Shown here: positions 55,097 to 64,000 of the stretch, one piece after another
Layout of the letters: each line of letters starts with the position of its first letter
Numbering within the stretch: position 1 is the first letter of the stretch
Source of the DNA: Azolla caroliniana
Taxonomy: Eukaryota; Plantae; Polypodiophyta
Length of the DNA: 64,000 nt
NCBI GenBank assembly: GCA_043228905.1
Contig: JBHGNT010000003.1
Span: 7,378,001-7,442,000 of the forward strand
Reading direction: 5' to 3'
Position numbers and translations under genes: made by a program
Notes under the pieces: model-generated
Seen by the model: the letters and a program-made list of their open reading frames with translations, nothing else
The model's database searches: none
Told to the model about the DNA's origin: nothing

Positions 55097-55741
55097 TGTC
55101 GTGAAGAAAACCGTCCCTTAGCGCAATCGGTGCATAGCGCGCGTGAACCGGCTCTTCACGCGTGCGCGCCCTTTAATGTATATAATAAAGAATTAGGTAC
55201 AAAGGTATATCCGAGGTAGTTAGATTCGGTAGGTAGGAAGTTAATGAGGGAAACGGCTCCCTTCTTGAAGCTATAAAAGAGAGGGAGACAAGGGGAGACA
55301 AGGGGCATTGGGGAGGACAAAGTGCTGTCGGACCGAAACCGAACGCTTCTCCTCTGTTCATTCTCCATCGCTCTTCTCTGCAAGTTTTCGGGAGGCTCAC
55401 GTTGCTTCGAGGAACGCCCGTGTGCTTTCGGCAGCACCTCCATCCTATCCCGTTCGTGCGCAGACGAGCAGGCATCGGCATCTGTTCGCCGACCTATTCG
55501 GTTGTAACCGCTCGCGTGCTCTGTTGTTTTTTTGTCATTCGTTAATATACAAACATTCGTGTCTCTCTGTCTCTGTGTCCATTCGTGTCTTCCGCGTTGA
55601 CGGGCCGTGTCCCTGTGTTCCTTTGCTCATACGTAACCGAGTGTCTCTCTCTTTCTCTTTCCCCTTCTATCACCTACTCTTCGGTTCAAGACCCCGATGG
55701 TCCCGCCTCATTTTTCCACGCATGCGCGTAGTAACGCGACA
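55097..55741 (+). mobile_element. Solo LTR of a third subfamily, nested in the Gypsy-B 5' LTR
   Basis: Termini tgtcgtgaagaaaaccg...gtaacgcgaca. TSD CCGT at 55093-55096 and 55742-55745. The empty site is visible in the 3' LTR (ggtagcccatgcgctg, 62091-62106). Confidence 0.93.
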
Positions 55742-56064
55742 CCGTGCGCTGCCAGCAGAGGCTTTTCCTTCGACATTTCTCTGGGTCTAGTGTGTTCCGT
55801 ATGTGTGCGTGAGTAGGGTCCCCGTGTTGGGCCCATCGCTGCCTTGCCGATTGTAACCGTCGTAGTTTGTAATCTCTTGTTATTGTAATCAAGCGTTCCG
55901 TTTATATCTCTCCTGCTCGCTTCTGCGTGTCTGTGAATCTCTCTCTCTCTCTCTCGCTCCTCGGTCCAAGACTCCCGTGGTCCCGCCCCTTCTATGTGCA
56001 CGCGCGTAACAACGCGACATATTTGGTGAACCCGACGTGAAACGGGCGACAAAGGAGTCGAAAG

Positions 56065-59000
56065 ATGAGTTGATCGGAGCTAACAGAGGCAATGGCGGTA
56101 GCCGTCGACCGGCTGGTAAGCGCTCGTGAGGGAACGGGTACGCTCGACAGAGCCATTGAATCGATCGTCGGCTCTATAGGCCGGTTCAAAGGGAAAGACG
56201 CCACAAGTTATTTGGAGGCTTATCGGGCCAAAATGATCATGAGGGATATCTTGGTAGACAAGCGGTTGTCCGGATTCCCTCGGGTGGTGACGTCGGGCAT
56301 CCACGCGGAGGTGCTTGAGGTGCTGGCTGGATGCTAGACTTGGGAGGAGTTCGAGCTGCAGCTCCTTGAGAAGTACAGGTTTGACGACTCACTTTGGCTG
56401 TCGAGGCGGGACTTCATGGCGTGGGTGGAAAGCCCCGGAAAAGAGAGGAACACGTCGGTGCTCCTCTAGGAGTTCGAAAAATAGTTCGCGCGGCTACCGG
56501 CGCTGGACCGGACGGTGCTCGAAACGAGTTGAGTACTACTGTTTGTCAGTTCGGTGGACGCGCTCGACAGGGAAAAGGTGGGTCCCCTATTGGAAACGAA
56601 CGAAGGGCTCACGACAGACTGGGCCGTGGTAAAACGGGTCTGCAGTCGTTTCGACAAATGGCGCGATTGGAACGACGGAAGCTCGTCGGGGTCAGGGCCG
56701 GTCCCGGGGAAGAGGCTCGAGGAGCCGATATCGGTGCCGGCCGATAGGAAGGAAGAGACCCGAATCTGGCCAGAGTTGGGGTCGGCATCGAACGACGTGG
56801 TCAGAGGCCCATATGAAGGAGCGGCTCTGGAGGAGCTGACACAGATGGTGCGCGACCTGCAAATCGCACAGGCCCGGAGAGACAACGACGAACAACCTCG
56901 CGACCGGAGGCCGCCAGCTGGGCAGCGATGCATGTGGTGTGATGTGATCGGTCACATTTGGAAGGATTGCACGGATTTCGCCGGCGCACTCAGGACCAAC
57001 GTGGTGTACCTCTGGAATGGGTGGGTGCACACGAGCAAGACCCGGAGAGCCCTAGAACTGAATACGGGGCGCGGCGGAATGAAGAAGTTAATGGAAGAGG
57101 CCGCGGCACGGCATGTAGAAGCCGTTAACTACTCAGTCTCGGCGGGAATTCGGGTAGGAGGTGAGCATACCCAGAAGGCGGAGGACTCCGGATTCTGGCC
57201 GCTAGTGCTAGAAGGCCTCTCCGGAGTTCGGTTGAAGAAGGAAGAGGCGGACCGCGTGGAACAGCGGGTCCAGGAGGTCACCGGATGGGACGATCCGGTC
57301 GAAGAGAAAACGGGCTTTGTAGAAGCCGCTTGCCAAAACTACGAGGTTCTAGTGGAAGACAAACGGGCAAGAAAAGCCGGAGGGGTCGGTCCCCCGCAGA
57401 GGTATGAGACTCGGTTCGGATCGACACCGACCGGTGCCGGCAACCCAAGCGCGGCGGACGGAAAAAAGCAGGCGGGGTTTCGGTTGAGCACCGAAATCGA
57501 AAGGACCACAGACCTGCGAAAGGTCCTGGAGGAACGTATCCTCAACAGTAAAGTGGAGTTGTCGTTGCGGGAGGTGCTGGGAATCGCCAAGAGGGAGTTC
57601 CACGACTCCATCGTAGACCTGGTGAAGCGGAAGAGGCTCTCAACGGATCCAAAACCAGAGAAGCCGGTGGAGGTGCGGACTACGCACTTAGAAGACGTGG
57701 CCCTAGAAGACGACTTGGTGGAAAGCCACTACGTGAAGCCGCATTGGGCCAGGGCAACTACGGAAACCCCTATGCGGATCGGCGACGTTCCGGAACCGGT
57801 GGTGGCCTTGGTAGACCATGGATCCGAAATCAACCTTATGTCCATGGATTTCTACAAGAGGGCTAAATGGCCGATCAACACCAAGCATGGGTGGAAGATA
57901 CGTGCGGCGACGCGTGCTACGGAGGAGCTACATGGCGCGTGCCCGAATATATGCGTAAAGGTCGGTGACGTCGAGATATATCAACATTTCTTCGCGCAGG
58001 AAACATCCTCGCACCCGGTGATTCTCGGCGAACCATACATTACGGCAGCACGCATGGAGACGAAGGTGCTGGAAAACGGTTCGGCGTATGCACGAGTCAA
58101 GAGCCAGGACGGTCGGCATTCCGTCCAATTCATGACCGTATGTTCGAACCATGAGAGGAATCGCGAGACCCTTAGCGGCGACAACCGAGGGGATTTTCAG
58201 AGAGGGCTATCAAGGCGTGGGGCCGCGGTAGTACGGACATACCGGAAGAACCCCACACATGTACAGTAGGTAGGAAGTTTTGGTTTTCTGAAAACGGAGG
58301 TTGTACTATAGCCAGCGTCAGCGGTTGAGAAAGGAAGCGAGCGGAGGAGCGGCTCAGGGATGCAGAGTTCTCTCCCCCGACGAAGAGATCAATCGCGCCA
58401 TGGAGGCGGTCTCTTTTGACAACACCTTGGGCGAGCTGTGAAAGGTGACTAGTGAAAACCTTAGAGAAGACCGGACCATTCCGGTTAGTTCGATGGGAAT
58501 GTACAAAGTCATCGCGAACTTCCGAGAAAGGATCGGGTCGGATCAGACGGCCCGCGTGGATACAAAGTACAAGACTGTGGACCGAAAGGTGAGGCCAGTC
58601 GCGGCACCCTTGCCGGAGGGCAGCGAGGAGCGGATAAAAGGGGTCGCGTCGGACCCAAGTTTACGGAATCCGGCTAGCATAGGGCACCGGTTCACCAACA
58701 TAACGCTACAGGAGCTCAAGGTTGGTGGGGGTGGCTTCCTACTGCCAGCGGAGGAGGACAGGTTTCGGAGAATGCTCGGAAGGCATGGGAAAGCCTTCGC
58801 GTTCTCACCGGAGGAGATCGGGTGCGTGGACCCGACGAGCGTCGAACCGATGGTGATCTTCATGGTACCACATGTACCGTGGAATCTCAAACTGATTCTG
58901 GTGCCCAGAGCTCACATCCCGAAGTTGATGGAGCTTATGAAGCAGAAGGTGGAGATGGGCATCCTCGAACCGTCGAGTGCCCCGTATTCGAATCGGTGGT

Positions 59001-61648
59001 TTACGGTGCCGAAGAAGAACGGCACACTACGCTTCATTCAGGACCTCCAACCGGTCAACAGGGTGACCATCCGTAATGCAGGAATCAGACCGACCATAGA
59101 CGAGTTCGCGGAGGCCTTCGCTGGAAGATCGATCTATTCGGTCGGTGACGTATACTCGGGGTACGACCAGTTCCAGCTAACCGTAAAGAGCAGGGATATC
59201 ACGACAATGCAAACTCCTCTCGGCCTGGTACGAATGTGTACCCTACCACAAGGAGAGACAAATTCGGTGGCGCATATGGTGAACGCAATGAACAAGGTGC
59301 TTAGGGACTGCATCCTGGACATCACCATGCCATTCTTGGACGACATCTCGATAAACGGGTGTCCGGTGGAAGATGCAAATGAGAATGTCGGGACAGACGG
59401 ATGCCGGAGGTTCGAAAACGCCCGACTGCGAGAAGGTGCTACAGAGGCTCGAAAACACACGACTCACCTTCTCCGGAGAAAAGTCGGCGTTCGGGCAGTC
59501 AGAGATCCTACTGGTCGGACACTTGTGCGGGCCTTACGGTAGGAAACCGTCTCCGGCAAAGGTAGAGGCCATCTCCACGATTAGGAACGATTGCAGGTCG
59601 GTTACGGAGGTCCGCAGATTCTTGGGTTTCTACCACATCTGGATCCCGCACTACGCACATGTCGCAGAACCCCTCTACAGACTATTGAAAAAGGGGCGTA
59701 GCTTTGAGTGGAGGACGGAGCACAGAGTCAGTACGGAGACTAAAGGAGGCGCTTAGGGTAGCACCGGCTCTCCGAAAAGCGGTTTACGGCAAGGATGTCC
59801 CCATTTGCGTGATGGTGGACACGAGCCCGACCGAGATTGGGTGGGTAATCAGTTAGGAGTACAAGGACAGTGTACGGTTCCCGATCCGGTTCGGGGCGAA
59901 GGTATTGAGCGAGCAGCAGTGAGGATACACCCAAGTTAAGCGCGAGCTTTGGGGTATCATTTCGGCAGTCAAGGCCGACAAGGACTATCTGATCGAGACG
60001 GAGGTGATCATCGAGACGGACTGCCTGCCGATACTCGGCATGGTTTCCGGATGCGCGACGCCGGACCTAGCAATGCTCCGGTGGATAGCGTACGTTAAGT
60101 CCCTGAACCCGGAGATACGACACATATCCGAAAAAGATAATGTCATGGCCGACATGCTTTCGAGAGCGAGGTTCAACGACGAAGATGACATGGTTTCGGA
60201 TGACGAAGAAGTCGGTGAGGACTTCTTCGGGTCGGCTAACGTAACGACGAGGAAAGGGGACACTCCGGCACTTAACAAATTTGACGAAAGCAGGTACGAC
60301 GTGGAGTGGCTCCAAATTGGGAGGTTCCTACGGGCAATGACGCCGGATGCAGCATGGACGAGAGAAGAGGCAAGCCGGGTACGGAAGAAGGCGTACCGAT
60401 TCTTCCTGCGGGACGGGTGTATATGGAGGCACCCAAAGAAGAAAAACGGCATTCCGCTCCGAGTAGTGGCAAGGAAAGAAGAACAAGGGGGACTACTGGC
60501 GGCATTTCACGAGAGTCCCTGGGCCGGGCACCGCGAAACGTGGGCCACATTCGAGAAGTTGAAGGAGAAATATTGGTGGTCGGGACTGTACCGGGACGTG
60601 CATCGGTTCGTAACAACTTGCGAAAGCTGTCCAATGCACTCCGTGGTCCGACATCGGGACGAGCTACACCCGACCTACCCGCCTACGGTCCATTTCAAGT
60701 GGGTGGTAGACTTGGTGACGATGCCGATGGGAGTAGGACAGATGTGATACCTGGTGCTTGCGCGAGAAGACTTAACAAACCAGGAGGAAGGTCGTGCATT
60801 GCAGAACAAGACAACCGCGGCGGTATGTCGGTTCCTGATCGAAGAGGTAGTGTCGGTACGGGTGCGTCGGGAGGATCATGGCGGACCGGTGAGAGCTAGA
60901 TGCGAGGGAGGCTGAGGAGCTATTCGACCGGCTAGGGGTCAAACTCTCCCTCACTACGGCATACAATCCGAAGGCGAACGGAAAGGTAGAACGTGGGCAT
61001 GGGCCGATCGTAAAGGCGTTGGTGCGTGCATGCGGAGGGCAGGTCGGGAATTGGCCAAGACTCCTTCCTTACGCACTATGGGCGGACCGAACTACACACA
61101 GTTCGGTAACAGGGTTTATGCCGGCTGAGCTTATGTATGGATAGAAGCCGATCATGTCGGTGGAACAGACGGTTTCTTCGTGGGCGGCGGTAGATTGGAA
61201 GGACGAGATGAGCCGGGAGGAGTTGCTGGCGGCGTGGATTCGGCAACTCGAGCGGAGGCCGGAGGACATGAAACGGGCAAAGGAGAAGCTGCGGGCGGCA
61301 AGGGAACGGAACAAGACCCGGTTCAACCAGATGCACCGGTTGCAACCAAAGAAGATCGAGGAAGGCGACTGGGTCTTGGTGTACGACAGCAACCTCGACA
61401 ATCAGCACAAGGCGGTGCGAATGTTCGCGAGGAGATGGTTCGGGCCCTACACGGTGACGAGCGCAAACAACAACGACATGTACCACCTCGCGGAACTTGA
61501 CGGGACACGACTACCAGTACCGGTGGCCGGGAAGCGGATCAAAGCGTTCAAGAAGCGGTTCGAGGACGAGCCGGACCCAGAGGGCGCGGAGGAGAGCGAC
61601 GATGACGATCAGTTCGGGCCCGGCAAAGAATCGGAGAACGCCGACTGA
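56065..61648 (+). pseudogene. Gypsy-B gag-protease and pol, fragmented
   Basis: 571-aa gag-PR ORF (CMWCDVIGHIWKDC, ALVDHGSEIN), RT PFLDD, RNase H, integrase HESPWAGH..CESC, WFGPY, acidic tail. Confidence 0.93.
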
Positions 61649-61717
61649 AGCCGGTTTTCTTCGGTATCAACCCGTCTCTGGCGCATGCCGGTGGATGCGC
61701 AGTATGGTGCGGGCGGA

Positions 61718-62374
61718 TGTTGTGAAGAAAACCGGCCATAGGCGGATTCGGGCAAAAAGGCGCATGAACCGGCTCTTACACGGATGGATGCATGACTTGA
61801 TATTTTGATATTGATTCATAAATGGATCAACTGATTTAAATACTAAGTAGTGCACATTTATTAGGAGGGATTGTGTGTATCTCTGTCAGAAGGGACAGGG
61901 AATAAAGCGATTTGACTAGGGAAAAGGGCATCCCTTTTTTTGGGAACTATTTAAAGAGAGGAGAGAACGAAGAGAAGGGGGATCGCACGTTAAGGAGGAG
62001 GAAGTGCTGCAGGATCGAGGGCGGAACTCTCTCTCCTCCTCCGACCGTCATTCTCTATGGGAGCGGGGAGTTCGACGCCTCTGCTTCGTGGGTAGCCCAT
62101 GCGCTGCCAGCAGAGGCTTTTCCTTCTACATTTCTCTAGGTCCAGTGTGTTCCATCTGTGTGCGTGAGTAGGGTCCCCGTGTTGGGCCCATCGTCGCCTT
62201 GCCGATTGTAACCGTTGAAGTTTGTAATCTCTTGTTATTGTAATCAAGTGTTCCATTTATATCTCTCCTTCTCGCTTCTGCGTGTCTTTGAATCTCTCTC
62301 TCTCTCTCTCGCTCCTCGGTCCAAGACCCCCGTGGTCCCGCCCCTTCTACGCGCACGCGCGTAACAACGCAACA
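61718..62374 (+). repeat. Gypsy-B 3' LTR
   Basis: Matches 54714-55096 plus 55746-56019. Confidence 0.95.
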
Positions 62375-62853
62375 CCGTCATCGGTCTCCAGCAGGAGGCC
62401 CACTTGCTCCCTGTCTCTCACGTCCACCAATTTAACAAATAAAAGGACACGACTTGTGTCCAGTATGGTCCGGTCCAACATCGAAAGACGCGCGAAGCGT
62501 TCTTCAAACTCCCGGAGGAGCACCGACGCATTTCTCCCCTTTTCGGGGGTCTCCACCCATTCCATGAAGTTCCGCTTCAATAGCTGAAGCGCGTCATCAA
62601 GCCCATATTTCTCAAGAAGCCGACCTTCAAACTCTTCCCAGGTCCGGATCTTAGCTCGTACCTCGAGCAACTCCGCATGGATGCCCGACATCGCCACCCG
62701 AGGGAATCGGGCTAGTCACCTATCTTCCTGAATGTCCCTCATCACCAGTTCGGCTCGGTAGGCCTCCACGTAGCTTGTGGCGTCCTTTCTACTGAACCGG
62801 CCTATCGTGCTGACGATTGCTTCAATAGCCCTGTCGAGGGCGCCTGTGCCTTC

Positions 62854-62953
62854 NNNNNNNNNNNNNNNNNNNNNNNNNNNNNNNNNNNNNNNNNNNNNNN
62901 NNNNNNNNNNNNNNNNNNNNNNNNNNNNNNNNNNNNNNNNNNNNNNNNNNNNN
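62854..62953. other. Assembly gap (100 N)
   Basis: Run of exactly 100 N; true size unknown. Confidence 0.99.
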
Positions 62954-63613
62954 AAGGAAGAAATAGAACTACTTTTTGCGGAAATAGCGAAACTTAAGGT
63001 AGACAATGTGAATCTCCGAAAACAAGTTAAGGACCTCGAGATATCTAGGGAAGATGGTGAAATATCTTCCCTAGAGGATATTAAGGACGAGATAAAAAAG
63101 GTTAAAGAAGAGGTTAAAAGTGATATGGAATTAGCTAAAACTGGGTGGGTTGATGTAGTAAAACGCAATATTAAAAAAGAACTAAAGGATGAAAACATTG
63201 TAAACACTACCCTCGAGGAAGAAAAAATGCGTCAAGCTCGACGCCTAAATGTACGCGTTACTGGGCTCAAGGAAGGGGCATCTCCGGATGAAGATGCACA
63301 AACATTAGGGAAAATGTTAGGGTACGAAGCCCTACCAATCACTAAAACCTGGAGGGTAGGGCGTGACACAACTAGGAAAAGAGCTTTAGTCCTTCAGTTT
63401 AAGGACTCAGAATCTAGAATCGCCTTTTTTAAAAAAAGACCAATTCTTCGAGGCTTGGGCGGGGAGCCTATCTACCTCGATGAAGACTTGACCAAGATGC
63501 AAATTGAGCATCGTAAAACTTGTATGCCGCGAGTCATACAAGCTCGTAAAGAGGGGCATCGTGCTTTCTACCGGGACGGACGTGTCATAATAAATGATCG
63601 TGCCGCCAATTGA
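62954..63613 (+). CDS. LINE ORF1 (coiled coil + RRM + CTD type), 5' end lost in the gap
   Basis: Open frame: heptad-rich start, RRLNVRVTGLKE, TWRVGR, LVLQF, IYLDEDLT, GRVIIN. Confidence 0.82.
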   Translation, partial: KEEIELLFAEIAKLKVDNVNLRKQVKDLEISREDGEISSLEDIKDEIKKVKEEVKSDMELAKTGWVDVVKRNIKKELKDENIVNTTLEEEKMRQARRLNVRVTGLKEGASPDEDAQTLGKMLGYEALPITKTWRVGRDTTRKRALVLQFKDSESRIAFFKKRPILRGLGGEPIYLDEDLTKMQIEHRKTCMPRVIQARKEGHRAFYRDGRVIINDRAAN

Positions 63614-64000
63614 CGGCGTGTGGCCCATGTGACAGATAATAAACTTAGGATCACTTTATGGAACTGTAACGGCGCACTTTGGACACATCCTGGCCGTCTA
63701 GAGGAGATTTTGAAAGTATCTGATATACTTTTTGTAGTAGAAACACATCAAAGCCCAAATCGAGGACTGCCACGAGTTGACGGTTTTCGTTGGGAATCTG
63801 TCTTTAGACAAACCTCACGTCGACACACTACTAGAGGGTCTGGGGGGGTTGCGATATTATTTCGGAAAGAGATAAATAATAGGATAGAAATACTAAAGTC
63901 AGACCCAGAAGCCCGTTTTATGTGGGTGAAAGTCCTCACTAGTAAGGATCAGGTGATATTTATCGCAGTTTGTTACTTCCCCCCGAAAGGGTCCCGCTAC
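63614..64000 (+). CDS. LINE ORF2 N-terminal APE endonuclease; runs off the window
   Basis: Manual translation, open to 64000: KLRITLWNCNG, DILFVVETH, RGSGGVAILFR, FMWV, IAVCYFPP. Confidence 0.88.

Larger units (their letters stand above)
54714..62374 (+). mobile_element. Full-length Ty3/Gypsy (Gypsy-B), tRNA-Trp primed
   Basis: LTRs 54714-56019 (657 bp without the nested solo LTR) and 61718-62374 (657 bp). TSD CCGT at 54710-54713 and 62375-62378. PBS 56024-56040. Confidence 0.96.
52431..62853 (-). mobile_element. Truncated Gypsy-C (same lineage), parts 52431-54713 and 62375-62853; host of Gypsy-B
   Basis: Minus-strand gag (GALDRAIEAIV...), protease and RT start. Removing Gypsy-B and one CCGT restores LLETDDGLTADW. 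Confidence 0.9.

Noticed and set aside
62716-63613. ORFs spanning the N run
   Set aside because: They are artefacts of translating through the gap; the two sides belong to different elements.

Overview
Eukaryotic land-plant genomic DNA. A non-seed plant (fern, lycophyte or bryophyte) is likely, inferred from the retroelement lineages but not proven. The only host gene is the first exon of a KAI2/D14/DLK2-family alpha/beta-hydrolase (minus strand, 1212-776). About 9 kb of AT-rich intergenic DNA follows, then a 54-kb nest of transposons: three Ty1/Copia elements with 5-bp TSDs, two copies of an L1-type LINE that both lack endonuclease and RT, an old Ty3/Gypsy relic, a hAT-type MITE, a foldback hairpin array, five insertions of one tRNA-Trp-primed Ty3/Gypsy lineage, and, after a 100-N gap, an intact-looking non-L1 LINE. 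Three observations stand out. (1) All three delimitable insertions of the Trp-primed Gypsy lineage, each with a different LTR type, have the identical 4-bp target duplication CCGT in the same orientation, suggesting sequence-specific integration. (2) The same lineage keeps a G_GAU_UUU slippery site and a predicted pseudoknot between gag-protease and RT in all four coding copies. (3) The terminal LINE joins ORF1 to an ATG-less ORF2 in frame across a UGA-CGG stop, a known readthrough context. No CRISPR, rRNA or tRNA genes were found.
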